A stretch of DNA of 64,000 bases from Ottowia sp. (GTDB lineage: Bacteria > Pseudomonadota > Gammaproteobacteria > Burkholderiales > Burkholderiaceae_C). Numbering within the stretch: the stretch's first letter is position 1; each line of letters begins with the position of its first letter. A program made the position numbers and the translations under genes. Below, piece by piece: positions 39,853-50,366 of the stretch. The notes under the pieces are model-generated. The model had not been told where the DNA came from and made no database searches. It saw nothing but the letters and a program-made list of their open reading frames with translations. The stretch is taken from the NCBI RefSeq assembly GCF_016703145.1, contig NZ_JADJCO010000003.1, positions 317,163-381,162 of the forward strand, given 5' to 3'.

Positions 39853-40640
39853 GGGCACGGGCACGGCCATGGCATGGCCGTAGCGCACCAGCTCGATGCG
39901 CTGGGTCTTGCCGGCCAGGTCGGGGTGGGCGGCGGCCAGCTCGGCCACGATGGCGTCGCGCCACGCCGTCCACGGCGCCTGCAGCAAGCGCTCGCGCCCG
40001 CCCGGCTCGTCGCCCAGCGCGCGGTAGTAGGTCAGCACCGTGGGGCCGGGCACGGGGCGCAGGCTCTGGTGCCGTGCATCGACGTAGCCCAGGCCGGCGC
40101 CGCCGTACAGCACGTTGTCCCAGCTCGGCGCGGCGCCGGGCCGGTCGTCCAGCGGCACGCGCAGGCGCAGGTTGGCCACCAGCCAGGCGCGGTGCGGATC
40201 GTGGCGGCGCGCTGGCGCAGCGCCTCGGGCGCGGGCTGCACCACGCGCGCGGCGGCCAGCGCGGGCAAGGCGACGATGGCCTGCGGGGCCTGCCAGCGCT
40301 CCAGCCGGCCGTTGGCGACGTCGATCGCATCGACGGCGACGCCGTGGCGCCCGTGCGCGATGCGCCCGACGACGCGCCCGGTGCGCAGCCGATCGCCCAG
40401 CGGCGCCGCCAGCCGCGCGCCGATCCAGCCGTTGCCCTGCGGCCAGGTGAATACGGCGGACGCCTCGCCGCCCATGCCGGGCGCGTCGCCGGGGGCGTGA
40501 AAGCCGTGCCGGCTGGCGAAGTAGTGCAGGCCGGCCCAGGCCGACACGGTGGCGATGCCGGCGCCGTAGTCGTCGCGGCAGCAGTAGTCCAGGTACCAGA
40601 GCAGGTGCGCGTCATCCAGGCCCTCGGCCCGCAGCCACGC

Positions 40641-40700
40641 TTTGAAAGTAATAGCGTCCTGCGCAAGCTGCACGCCGGCAAACGACGATTTTTGTATTGG
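40641..40700 (+). repeat. Dispersed repeat, copy 13 (inside the FAD-oxidoreductase gene, at a frame break)
   Basis: TTTGAAAGTAATAGCGTCCTGCGCAAGCTGCACGCCGGCAAACGACGATTTTTGTATTGG. A diverged copy. Confidence 0.6.
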
Positions 40701-41306
40701 AACGGCGTAGCGCCCGCGCTTGCGCGCGCGCCACGGCCCGGGCGAAGCGCCGGTACTGCGCCAGCGTGCCCGCGCCCACGCCCTGCACGGGCAGCAGGCC
40801 GTCCTGCCAGTGGCCGTCGAAAAACAGGCGCTCCTGCGGGCTGTGGCACAGGTGGCGCTCATCGATCTGCCAGCGGCCGGCCACGCGCCGGCGCAGGCCC
40901 AGCTCCTCCAGCAGGTCCTGCACCGCGCGCGCGTCGTCGCCGGGCACGGGCAGGTAGTGCGCGCCCATCGGGCAGTCGATGCCGCCGACCTGCGTCCCCC
41001 GGCTATTGCCGCCGGCGGTGTCCTCCAGCTCCAGCACGGCGAAGTCCTCGTGCCCGGCCAGCCGCAGCGCCCGCGCCGCCGCCAGCCCGGCGATGCCGCC
41101 GCCGGCGATCACGGTGTGCACGCGGCGCGTGGCGTCGGGTGCCCGATCGGGCCAGGGCTGGCGCAGCAGGTGGCCGCGCTCGTGGGCGATGCCCGTGTAG
41201 CCGCCCTCGATGGCCTGCATGGCCTCGCGCGAGCAGCCCGCCGCCAGCAGCGCGCCGGCACCGGCGGCCAGCCAGGCGCGGCGCCGCGGGCCGGCGCTCG
41301 GCGTGC

Positions 41307-42866
41307 TCATGGCTGCACCTGCCCCCATTCGGTCTCGTAGGTGTGCACCAGCACCTGGTTGGACAGCCGGTTGACCTGGGCCGGCACGCGCGCCATGTCG
41401 GCCGGGAAGTCGAACAGCAGCGGCAGCGTGGCCGGCGTCAGGTAGCGCAGCCCCGGCGGCAGCGCGTCCGGCAGGCGCCAGGGGCGGCGGCTGGCGATGA
41501 CGAAGCCCCATTCGCCGAAGCTGGGCACGTGGGCGTGGTAGGGCGCGGTGCGCAGGCCGGCGGCCTCGATGCTGGTGACGACGCTCCAGAAGCTCTGGCG
41601 CGCCACCAGCGGCGAGGTGGTCTGCACCACGGCGTAGCCGCTGGCGGCCAGGCGCCGGCCGAGCAGGGCGTAGAAGCTGTGGGTGTAGAGCTTGCCGATG
41701 GCGAAGTTGGTGGGGTCGGGGAAATCGACCACGATCACGTCGAAGGGGTCGTCGCCCCGCTCGTCGCCCTGCTGCAGCCACTGGAAGGCGTCGGTGTTCA
41801 CGATGGTGAGCCGGGGCGAGGCCAGCGCGTCGGCGTTGAGCGCGCGCAGCGTGGGGTGCGTGCCGAACAGGCGCGTCATCTCCGGGTCCAGCTCGACCAG
41901 GGTGATGGATTCGACGCTGGGGTGCCTGAGCACCTCGCGCACCGCCATGCCGTCGCCGCCGCCCAGCACGGCCACGCGGCGCGGGTGGCCGTGCGCGGCC
42001 ATCGCGGGGTGCACCAGGGCCTCGTGGTAGCGGTATTCGTCGCGCTCGGCGAACTGCAGGTTGCCGTTGAGGTACAGCCGGTGCCCGGCGCGGCCGTGGG
42101 TGACCACGATGCGCTGGTAGGGCGAGGCGCTGCCGAGCACGATGCGGTCCTGGTAGAACTTGTCCTCGGCGAAGCGCGTGAGCTGCTCGGCCCCGAACAG
42201 CCCCGCGACCAGCGCCGCCAGCACCAGCGCGCAGGCCAGCGCATGCGCGCCGAAGCGCCGCAGCTCGCCGCGGAACAGCCACAGCGCCCACACCGCCACG
42301 GCGGCGTTCATCAGCCCGAACACCAGCCCGGTGCGGATCAGCCCCAGGTGCGGCACCAACAGCAGCGGAAAGGCCAGCGACACCGCCAGCGCGCCCAGGT
42401 AGTCGAAGGTGAGCACCTGGCTCACCAGGTCCTTCAGCGCCACGTTGCGCTTGAGGATGCGCATGACCAGCGGGATCTCCAGCCCCACCAGCGTGCCCAC
42501 CAGCAGCACCAGGCCGTACAGCAGCACGCGGAAGGCGCCGGGCACGTAGGCGTTAGCCACGAAAAGCGTAGCTGGCAGCGCCCCACCCACAAGGGCCACG
42601 AGCAGTTCTATGCGCAGAAAATGCGCGGGCAACTGGCGGTCGATGTAGCGCGACAGCCACGAGCCCACGCCCATGGCGAACAGGTAGGTGCCGATGACGG
42701 TGGAGAACTGCAGCACCGAGTCGCCCAGCACGTACGACGCCAGCGCGCCGGCCGCCAGCTCGTACAGCAGCCCGCACGCGGCCACGACGAAGACGCTGGC
42801 GAGCAGCGCGATGTCGATGGGGCGGGGGCCGGCGCGGGGAGGGGCGGGAGGGGAGGCCGCGGTCAC
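41307..42866 (-). CDS. Membrane-anchored spermidine/spermine-synthase-like aminopropyltransferase
   Basis: About 7 N-terminal TM helices, then a SpeE-like domain (VAVLGGGDGMAVREVL, VDFPDPTNFAIGKLYT). Start provisionally at GTG 42866. Confidence 0.75.
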   Translation of the reverse strand: MTAASPPAPPRAGPRPIDIALLASVFVVAACGLLYELAAGALASYVLGDSVLQFSTVIGTYLFAMGVGSWLSRYIDRQLPAHFLRIELLVALVGGALPATLFVANAYVPGAFRVLLYGLVLLVGTLVGLEIPLVMRILKRNVALKDLVSQVLTFDYLGALAVSLAFPLLLVPHLGLIRTGLVFGLMNAAVAVWALWLFRGELRRFGAHALACALVLAALVAGLFGAEQLTRFAEDKFYQDRIVLGSASPYQRIVVTHGRAGHRLYLNGNLQFAERDEYRYHEALVHPAMAAHGHPRRVAVLGGGDGMAVREVLRHPSVESITLVELDPEMTRLFGTHPTLRALNADALASPRLTIVNTDAFQWLQQGDERGDDPFDVIVVDFPDPTNFAIGKLYTHSFYALLGRRLAASGYAVVQTTSPLVARQSFWSVVTSIEAAGLRTAPYHAHVPSFGEWGFVIASRRPWRLPDALPPGLRYLTPATLPLLFDFPADMARVPAQVNRLSNQVLVHTYETEWGQVQP

Positions 42867-42937
42867 GGCGCTATTGTGCGGGAGCGGTGCGCCCCTTCCG
42901 GGCGGCGGCGCCCGCGCCCAGGGCGCCGCGCCGGAAC

Positions 42938-45063
42938 TCAGAACTGGTAGTTGGCGCTCAGCAGAAAGCTGCGCGGCGCGCCCGGCATGGCGCTGGAGCG
43001 CCAGTATTCCTTGTCCAGCAGGTTCGACACCGCCAGGGTGACCGTCCACGGCGCGGCGCGCCAGCCGACCAGCGCGTCCCAGCGCGTGTAGCCCGGCAGG
43101 CGCGCGGTGTTGGCGGCGTTGGTCCAGCGCGCGCTGGTGTGGGTCACGCCGATCTCGGCGTACCACGGGCCGGACGGCGCGTAACGCACGAACAGGCTGC
43201 CGTTGCGCTTGGCTGAGTTCGGCAGGTAGTTGCCCTGGTTGGCGGGCGTTCCCCTGTCCTCGACCGCCTTGGCGCTCATCAGGCCCACGCCGCCGCGCAC
43301 ATACCACGACGGCGCCAGGCGCCCCGACGCGCTGAACTCGATGCCGCGCGAGCGCTCCTTGCCGCGCACGGCCCAGGTGACGGGTCGTTGTCGGGGTCGG
43401 GCCGGTAGCGGATGTTGAAGTGCTCCAACTGGTAGACCGAGAGCTGGGTGGACAGCGCGCCGTCGAACCAGTCGCTCTTGACGCCGACCTCGAACTGGCG
43501 TGAATACTGCGGCTCCTCGTCCAGCACGGCGCCGGCGCCGGTGTCCACGCCGAGGAAGCCGCGCCCACCGTAGGGCGAGAAGCTCTTGTTCCACGAGGCG
43601 TAGAAGCTGTGCTCGCGCACGGGCTGCCAGACGACGCCGATGCGCGGGCTCACGGCGTTGCCGCTGGTGTCGCGGGTGGCGCTGGTGAGCAGGTTGGTGC
43701 TGCGGAAGTCGTAGCTGTCGTAGCGCAGCCCGGCCAGCACCTTCCACTGCGGCGTGAGGCTGATCAGGTCCTGCACGTACAGCGCCTGCGCGCTGCCCTT
43801 GTGCAGGTTGTGCTGGTTGGGCGTGCCTTGCACCGGCAGGGGCGGCCAGGCGATAGGCAGCCGCGGGTCGTAGGTGAAGGTGGTGGCCGGCGTGCCGATG
43901 CGGGGGTGGCGCTTTTCCTGGCTGATCTCCAGCCCCACGAGCAGGTCGTGCTGGACATCGCCGGTCTTGAACTTGCCGGTCAGGTCCAGCGTGTTGCTCA
44001 GGGTCTTGTTGCTGGTCTGCTGCCAGGCGTAGCCGGGCTTGATCAGGCCGGTGGCGGCGCTGTAGGTGCCGCCGAAGAAATGGTCGAAGTCCTGGCTGGC
44101 CTCGCGCTGGCTGGCCACCCAGCGCAGGCTCCAGGCGGCATTGAAGTCGTACGACAGGTCCGAGCGCAGCACGCGCAGGCGGTCCTCGACGGTGTTGTCG
44201 GGGTGCGAGAAGCTCTCGCGGATGGAGATGCCGGCGGGCAACTGGTCGTAGGCCGGGCCGCGGTCGGGCACGCGCCACACGTTGTCCCAGGTGTACTGCG
44301 CGGTCCAGCGCAGGCCCGTGCGCGTGTCCACCAGGATGCTGGGCGAGATCATCTCGTTCTTGTTGCGGATGCCGCGGCGGAAGCTGTGCGCCTGCTCGCG
44401 GTCGGCCGTCAGGCGCACGACCACGTTGGGGTTGATGACCTGGTTGATGTCCAGCGTGCCGCCGTAGTTGTCCCACGAGCCGCCGCGCAAGGTGACGCTG
44501 CTCTTGGCGTCGAAGCGCGCCTGCTTGCTGACCAGGTTGATCACGCCGCCGCCGGCGCCGCGGCCGTACAGCACCGAGGCGGGTCCCTTCAGGATCTCGA
44601 TGCGCTCCACGTTGGCCGTGCTGCGGCGCACCTGGCCGGATTCGCGCACGCCGTCGCGGTAGATGTCGTTCGAGTCGGAGCCGAAGCCCCGGATCAGGAC
44701 GCCCTCGCCGCGCATGTCGTAGTTGGTGTTCACGCCCGGCACGCCGTCGAGCATGACCGACAGGTCATTGATGCCGTAGCTCTTGTACTTGTTGACTTCC
44801 AGCGTGTCGATGGTCTGCGGGATGTCCTTGGGCGCCATGTAGGTCTTGGTGGCGGTGGTCACCCCTTCGGGGCGCACGTCGTCGGGGTCGTGCTGCGTGC
44901 TGGTCACCTCCACGGTGGGCATGGTGGCGACTTCCTCCGTCGTCTGGGCGCCTGCGGGCAGGCTCCACGCCTGGCACGCCAGCACGGCCGCCAGCGCCAC
45001 CGCCGAGCGCCTGTGCGCGCGGGCCGGGCCCTCCCTCTCGTCGTTGTTGTCCATCGTCCGCAT
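42938..45063 (-). pseudogene. TonB-dependent siderophore-type receptor, one frameshift
   Basis: Plug domain (IEILKGPASVLYGRGAGGGVINLVSK) in ORF 43279..45063. The last strands and terminal ...FLLSANYQF are in ORF 42938..44476. The frames switch near 43380-43400. Confidence 0.85.
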
Positions 45064-45155
45064 CCTGAAGAAGTGAGATGCGAGGGATTGTAATGGAAAC
45101 GCGAATCATTCTTATTTGATAATCTTGTGTCCACTGCGGGTCAGGCGTCTCCCCT

Positions 45156-48100
45156 TCATTGCGCTGGCGATGCCCACTCCGCACCCAGCGCCTCGGCCTG
45201 CTGCAGCACCAGTTCCACCGCGCTGTCCGCCATGTCCGGCGGGTACTTGTACTTGCGCAGGATGCGCTTGACCATCAGCCGCAGGCTGGCGCGCACGCTC
45301 TCGCGGCGGCTCCAATCGACGGTGATGTTCTGGCGCAGGTTCTCGGTCAGTTCGTGGGCGATCTTCTTCAGCGTCTCGTCGGTGAGTTCGCGCACGGCCG
45401 ATTCGTTGGCCGCCAGCGCGTCGTAGAAGCGCACCTCGTCCTCCGTCAGGCCCAGTTGCTCGCCCCGGCGGGCCGCGTCGCGGAACTTGCGGGCCATCTC
45501 GACCAGTTCTTCCATCACCTGCGCCGTCTCGATGCTGCGGTTCTGGTAGCGGGTGATGACGCCGGTGAGCATGTCGGAGAACTTGCGCTGCTGCACGATG
45601 TTGGTGGCGAACCGGGCCTTGATCTCGCCTTCGAGCAGGCGGTCCAGCAGTTCCACCGCCAGGTTGCGTTCGGGCAGGCTTCGCACCTGGGCCAGGAACT
45701 CGTCGTCCAGCAGGCCGATGTTGGGCTTGTCCAGGCCCACGGCGTCGAAGATGTCCACCACCGATTCGCTGACCACGGCCTGGTTGATGATCTGGCGGAT
45801 GGCGGCATCGCGCGCCTCGTCGGTCTTCTTCCGCTGGCTGGTGTCGCGCTTGGTCAGGATGACCTTCATGGCTTGCAGAAAGGCCACCTCGTCGCGCACC
45901 GCCTGGGCCTCGTCCAGCGTGCAGCACAGGGTGAAGGCCTGGCCCATCGCCAGGGCGGCGTCGGCAAAGCGCTTCTTGCCATCGCGCAGCACATGGCCGT
46001 CCTTGTCCCTGGCGCCGCTGGACAGGCCCAGCACGTGGTTGGCGGCGCCCGCCAGCGTCTTGTGGCCGCCCGCCTTGAAGCCCGACCAGTCGAAGCCATG
46101 CAGCATGGCGTGCAGCACGTCGCGCTTTTCCAGCAGCACGGCCAGCGCTTCGTGCGCGTCCACCGTGGGCCTTCCACGGCCCTGGCTGGCCGTGTATTCC
46201 TTCATCGCGGCCTTCAGCTCGTTGCCGATGCCGATGTAGTCCACCACCAGGCCGCCCTGCTTGTCGCGGAACACGCGGTTCACGCGGGCGATGGCCTGCA
46301 TCAGGTTGTGGCCCTTCATGGGCTTGTCGACATACATGGTGTGGGCGCAGGGGGCGTCGAAGCCGGTGAGCCACATGTCGCGCACGATGACCAGCTTGAG
46401 CGGGTCGGCGGGATCCTTGAAGCGCTTTTCCAGGCGCTTCTTCACCTGGGCGCCGTGGATGTGCGGGCGCAGCAGGGCCTTGTCGGAGGCAGCGCCGGTC
46501 ATGATGACCTTGATGGCGCCCTGCTCCGGGTCGTCGCTGTGCCAGCCGGGGCGCAGCCGGGTGATCTCGTCGTAGAGGTGCACGCAGATGTCGCGGCTCA
46601 TGGTCACCACCATGGCCTTGCCGCCGAAACCATCCGACATGTTGGCCTGGTTGCGCTGCTCGAAGTGCGCCACCAGGTCGGCCGCCACGCTGGCCACGCG
46701 GGGTTCGGCACCCACGATCTTTTCCAGCGCGGCCCAGCGGGACTTGAGCCGAGCCTGGGCGCCCTCTTCCTCGTCCTCGGCCAGTTCGTCCACCTCCTCG
46801 TCCAGCAGGGAAAGGTCGGCCTCTTTCAGTTTGAGCTTGGCGAGGCGACTCTCGTAGTAGATGGCCACCGTGGCGCCGTCTTCCTTGGCCTGCCGCATGT
46901 CATAGACATGGATGTAGTCGCCGAACACGGCGCGGGTGTCGCGGTCGGTGCTGCTGACCGGCGTGCCGGTGAAGGCCACGAAGGTGGCGTGAGGCAAGGC
47001 ATCGCGCAGATGCTGGGCGTAGCCGACCTGGTAGGTGGTCTTGTATTCGGGCGGTTCGAACTCGGCAAGCACCGCGCTGCTGCCTGCGTCGCCGATCACT
47101 ATGCTTTTGCTAGCTTCCTGCGCTTTATCAGCAAGGGCTGGAGGCTGATTTGGCTTCAAACAACCCACCTTGCGCGTCTTGAGCCTGGCCTCGAAGCCGT
47201 ACTGCGTGCGGTGCGCCTCGTCGGCGATCACCACGATGTTGCGGCGCTCGGACAGCACGGGGAACATGTCCTCGTCCTCGCCCGGCATGAACTTCTGGAT
47301 GGTGGCAAAGATGATGCCGCCCGAGGGCCGGTTGGCCAGCAACTGCCGCAGCGCCTGCCGCGTGGCGGCCTGCACGGGCTGCTCGCGCAACAAGTCCTGC
47401 GCCAGGCTGAACACGCCGAACAACTGCCCATCGAGGTCGTTGCGGTCGGTGATGACCACGATGGTGGGGTTCTCCATCGCGGGCTCCTGCATCACGCGCG
47501 CCGCGAAGCAGGTCATGGTGATGCTCTTGCCGCTGCCCTGCGTGTGCCACACCACGCCGCCCTTGCCCTGGATGCCGGCCGGGCTGCCGGGGCGCGAGGC
47601 CGCCACCACGTGCCCGATGGCCGCGCGCACCGCGTGGAACTGGTGGTAGCCCGCCACCTTCTTGACCAGTTGGCCATCGTCCTCGAACAGCACGAAGCAG
47701 CGCAGGTAGTCCAGCAGGTAGCGCGGCGCCAGCGCGCCGCGCACCAGGGTTTCCAGCTCGTTGAACTGGCCCAGCGGGTCGAGGGTGGCGCCATCGATGG
47801 TGCGCCACTGCAGGTACCGTTCGGTGTTGGCCGAGAGCGACCCCATGCGCGCCTCGGAGCCGTCCGAGACCACCAGCAGCTCGTTGTACTGGAACAGGTC
47901 GGGAATCTGCGCCTTGTACGTCTGGATCTGGTCGTAGGCGCGCCAGATGTCGGCGTGCTCGTCGGCGGGGTTCTTCAGCTCCAGCAGCACCAGCGGCAGG
48001 CCGTTGACGAACAGCACCACGTCGGGCCGCCGCGTGTGGTGCGGCCCCTTGACGGTGGATTGGTTGACGACCCAGAACTCATTGCGCGCCGCATCCTGCC

Positions 48101-48440
48101 AGTCGATCAGGCGCACGAAGTCGCCCACCGTCTCGCCATCGCGCTGGTACTGCACCGGCACGCCGCCCACCAGCAGCTTGTGGAAGGCGCGGTTGGCCGA
48201 GAGCTGGGCCGGGATGCCCAGGCTCAGCACCTGCTGCAAGGCGTCTTCGCGGGCGGCGGTGGGAACGCCGGGGTTCAGGCGCCCGATGGCCTCGCGCAGG
48301 CACGGGGCCAGCACCACCTGGCGGTAGTCGGTGCGCTGGGGGTTGGCGCCATCGGGGGCGATGGCAAGGCCCGGGTGCACCGCATAGCCCACATCGGCCA
48401 GCCAGGCCAGGGTTTCTTGTTCGAGTTGGTCTTCAGTCAT
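45156..48440 (-). CDS. hsdR: Type I restriction enzyme R subunit (carries an in-frame repeat insertion)
   Basis: Walker A HTQGSGKS, motif [11 protein letters not shown], motif III FTGTP. The start ATG at 48440 is 5 nt after the fic stop. About 23 codons (47098-47165) derive from the dispersed repeat. Confidence 0.9.
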   Translation of the reverse strand: MTEDQLEQETLAWLADVGYAVHPGLAIAPDGANPQRTDYRQVVLAPCLREAIGRLNPGVPTAAREDALQQVLSLGIPAQLSANRAFHKLLVGGVPVQYQRDGETVGDFVRLIDWQDAARNEFWVVNQSTVKGPHHTRRPDVVLFVNGLPLVLLELKNPADEHADIWRAYDQIQTYKAQIPDLFQYNELLVVSDGSEARMGSLSANTERYLQWRTIDGATLDPLGQFNELETLVRGALAPRYLLDYLRCFVLFEDDGQLVKKVAGYHQFHAVRAAIGHVVAASRPGSPAGIQGKGGVVWHTQGSGKSITMTCFAARVMQEPAMENPTIVVITDRNDLDGQLFGVFSLAQDLLREQPVQAATRQALRQLLANRPSGGIIFATIQKFMPGEDEDMFPVLSERRNIVVIADEAHRTQYGFEARLKTRKVGCLKPNQPPALADKAQEASKSIVIGDAGSSAVLAEFEPPEYKTTYQVGYAQHLRDALPHATFVAFTGTPVSSTDRDTRAVFGDYIHVYDMRQAKEDGATVAIYYESRLAKLKLKEADLSLLDEEVDELAEDEEEGAQARLKSRWAALEKIVGAEPRVASVAADLVAHFEQRNQANMSDGFGGKAMVVTMSRDICVHLYDEITRLRPGWHSDDPEQGAIKVIMTGAASDKALLRPHIHGAQVKKRLEKRFKDPADPLKLVIVRDMWLTGFDAPCAHTMYVDKPMKGHNLMQAIARVNRVFRDKQGGLVVDYIGIGNELKAAMKEYTASQGRGRPTVDAHEALAVLLEKRDVLHAMLHGFDWSGFKAGGHKTLAGAANHVLGLSSGARDKDGHVLRDGKKRFADAALAMGQAFTLCCTLDEAQAVRDEVAFLQAMKVILTKRDTSQRKKTDEARDAAIRQIINQAVVSESVVDIFDAVGLDKPNIGLLDDEFLAQVRSLPERNLAVELLDRLLEGEIKARFATNIVQQRKFSDMLTGVITRYQNRSIETAQVMEELVEMARKFRDAARRGEQLGLTEDEVRFYDALAANESAVRELTDETLKKIAHELTENLRQNITVDWSRRESVRASLRLMVKRILRKYKYPPDMADSAVELVLQQAEALGAEWASPAQ
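47098..47165 (+). repeat. Dispersed repeat, copy 14 (in frame inside hsdR)
   Basis: CACTATGCTTTTGCTAGCTTCCTGCGCTTTATCAGCAAGGGCTGGAGGCTGATTTGGCTTCAAA. Read on the minus strand as [23 protein letters not shown]. Confidence 0.8.
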
Positions 48441-48444
48441 GGGC

Positions 48445-49593
48445 TCATCCTGCCAGCAACGCGATATACGCCACATAGCTGTAACTGCGGTGGGTCTTCT
48501 GGCCGGTCAGCTCAGAGACGATGCCCAAGTCCGCCAGCACCTTCACCGCCGCACTAGCGGTCGGAAAACTGGAGTCAAGCTTCTGGCGTACCTGCTCGAT
48601 GGTGAAGCGCGGCATCATCGGCAGCAACTCCAGCAGGCGATAGCTGGCCATGCCTCCCCTGGGCGACGCCAGCAGGCGGCGGCGGTCTTGCGCCAGCAGG
48701 GCGGCCACGGCCACGATGTTGCGCTCGGCCTCTTGCGCGGCCAGCGCCACGCCCTCCAGGAAGAACGCCACCCAGCCCTCCCAATCGCCCTCGGTGCGGA
48801 CGTTGGACAGGCGGCGGTAATACTCCTTCTGGTGCTGCTTCAAATAGCCGCTCACATACATCAGCGGCTCGGGCAGCAAGCCCCAGTGCTCCAGCAGTGC
48901 GGCGATCAGCAGGCGGCCCATGCGGCCATTGCCGTCCAGAAACGGGTGGATCGTCTCGAACTGCACGTGGATCAGCGCCGTCTTCACCAACGGCGGCAGG
49001 GGCTGGGCCTCGCCGTCATGGATGAAGCGCTCCAGGCCGGCCAGCAAATCAGGCACCCGCTCGGGCGGCGGCGGCACGAACACCGCGTTGCCGGGCCGCG
49101 TGCCGCCAATCCAGTTCTGCGAACGGCGCAGCTCGCCCGGCTGCTTGCCCTGGCCCCGCACGCCATCGAGCAGCAGGCGGTGCGCGTCGCACAGCAGGCG
49201 CACGCTGATGGGCAGGCCCGCCGGCTCGCGCAGGCTGTCCTGCACCAGCCGGAAGGCGCGCAGGTAGTTGGTCACCTCCTCCACGTCGTCGGTGTTGCTG
49301 ACCGTGAAACCGGCCTCCTCGTCGAACAGATCCACCAGCGTGGCCTGCGTGCCCTCGATCTGCGAGGTGAGCAACGCCTCTTTGCGAATGGCGCTGTACA
49401 AGAGCCAATCCACTGACGGCACCAGCCCCGCCACGCCAGCCAGCCGCGCCAGCGCCATCTCGGCGGCATGGTTAGCAGCGGCGAAGGATTCGGGCGCCAG
49501 CGGCGGATCAGCGGGCGGCAGCGGGTGCGGCACGAACGCCCGCACCGGCTCGCCCAGCGTGGTGGAGGTGATGGTGGTGCCGGTGCTGCGCAT
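48445..49593 (-). CDS. Fic-family protein (AMPylase-type) with Fic_N and C-terminal wHTH
   Basis: Catalytic motif [13 protein letters not shown]-terminal [16 protein letters not shown]. 382 aa. Confidence 0.9.
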   Translation of the reverse strand: MRSTGTTITSTTLGEPVRAFVPHPLPPADPPLAPESFAAANHAAEMALARLAGVAGLVPSVDWLLYSAIRKEALLTSQIEGTQATLVDLFDEEAGFTVSNTDDVEEVTNYLRAFRLVQDSLREPAGLPISVRLLCDAHRLLLDGVRGQGKQPGELRRSQNWIGGTRPGNAVFVPPPPERVPDLLAGLERFIHDGEAQPLPPLVKTALIHVQFETIHPFLDGNGRMGRLLIAALLEHWGLLPEPLMYVSGYLKQHQKEYYRRLSNVRTEGDWEGWVAFFLEGVALAAQEAERNIVAVAALLAQDRRRLLASPRGGMASYRLLELLPMMPRFTIEQVRQKLDSSFPTASAAVKVLADLGIVSELTGQKTHRSYSYVAYIALLAG

Positions 49594-49608
49594 GGGATGA
49601 AAGATGCT

Positions 49609-49983
49609 TTAAACCGAGTGCAGGGCGATTAAAGCATTCTTTAATGATGACCGTGGATGAAAAACTGCTTTCATGGCTGTCAGCAGCCCGCAGGCACGCA
49701 CCTGCCCAAACCCCACCCGCAGCGCCTGGCGGTAGCGCAGCACCTCCTTGGCGGCGGGGTTGGCAAACACCTCCGGCAGCACATCGTCCTTGAACCGCTC
49801 ATCGTGCGTGGTGACGATGTTCTCGATCTCCGAGCTGTCCTTGGCCTCCTGCAGGCCCAGGGTGCTGATCAGGATGCCCTGGTTGGGAATGGACGCCGCA
49901 ATGCCCTTGAGTTCCGCCAGCCTGCGGCTGCTGCTGGCCAACTTCTTGAGGATGGCGGGCGTGTCAAAGCGGGCGGCGTCCAT
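49609..49983 (-). pseudogene. Fragment (N-terminal ~100 aa) of a second Fic-family gene
   Basis: FDTPAILKKLASSSRRLAELKGIAASIPNQGILISTLGLQEAKDSSEIENIVTT...AAKEVLRYRQALRVGF is a Fic_N domain. No catalytic HPFxxGNGR follows. Confidence 0.65.
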
Positions 49984-50035
49984 CTGTTCGAGCGGGTGAG
50001 CAGGGGCATGGCGGGCCTACGGCGGGCTGGGATGC

Positions 50036-50102
50036 GTATAGAAAAGCCGGTTTTCTATACATGGTAGCCAGCATGTGTATAGGAAACGCCATTTTTTATA
50101 CA
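50036..50102. promoter_or_regulatory. Two adjacent AT-rich palindromes (candidate operator or bidirectional terminator)
   Basis: GTATAGAAAAGCCGGTTTTCTATAC (50036-50060) and TGTATAGGAAACGCCATTTTTTATACA (50076-50102) share the half-site TATAG(A/G)AAA. Confidence 0.35.
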
Positions 50103-50180
50103 TGTACGGTGCGGCATACATGCAAAGCGCCTTTTCAAGCATAGGGGACGGATGGCCGGTGTATCGCGCCAAGTTACCAA

Positions 50181-50238
50181 TGAAATCTGGCTCTAGCGCC
50201 TACCCATCAAGCGCAAGCAGCTATTCTTTAAATAGCAA
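50181..50238 (-). repeat. Dispersed repeat, copy 15 (inverted)
   Basis: The reverse complement reads GCTATTTAAAGAATAGCTGCTTGCGCTTGATGGGTAGGCGCTAGAGCCAGATTTCA. Lies downstream of the TIR gene. Confidence 0.7.
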
Positions 50239-50366
50239 CAAAAGCCTGAGTGTTGAAAGAGTTTTTGCATGAGCCGCTGGAAAGTCAACTCATACATCCG
50301 CACAGCTCGGTCTCCTGATCCGCGACTGGCATCGGCCAAGAGCGGACAGTTGTCGAGAGGAGTCGC

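Larger units (their letters stand above)
39664..41310 (-). pseudogene. FAD-dependent (amine-oxidase-like) oxidoreductase, two frame breaks and two repeat insertions
   Basis: Tat/lipoprotein leader RRRAWLAAGAGALLAAGC and Rossmann motif VIAGGGIAGLAAA. The product is spread over track ORFs 40612..42291 (its 3' part), 40032..40862 and 39664..40179. The start ATG overlaps the upstream stop (ATGA at 41307-41310). Confidence 0.7.

Noticed and set aside
42551-42625. A patch of atypical codons in the speE-like membrane domain (HFLRIELLVALVGGALPATLFVAN). Its DNA shows about 60 % similarity to the repeat core (TAGCTGgcaGCGCcccACCCAcaaGGGC...).
   Set aside because: It could be an ancient in-frame repeat copy, but the segment encodes a plausible native TM helix and the similarity is weak. 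It needs an alignment with orthologues and an HMM score, so I did not call it.
45103-45124. A possible Fur box (GAATCATTCTTATTTGATAATC) upstream of the TonB-dependent receptor gene.
   Set aside because: The best alignment to GATAATGATAATCATTATC is only about 11-12 of 19. The same stretch (TATTTGATAATCTTGTGTCCACTGCGGGTCAGGCG) also resembles a degenerate copy of the dispersed repeat. I cannot support it without a PWM score or Fur ChIP/EMSA.
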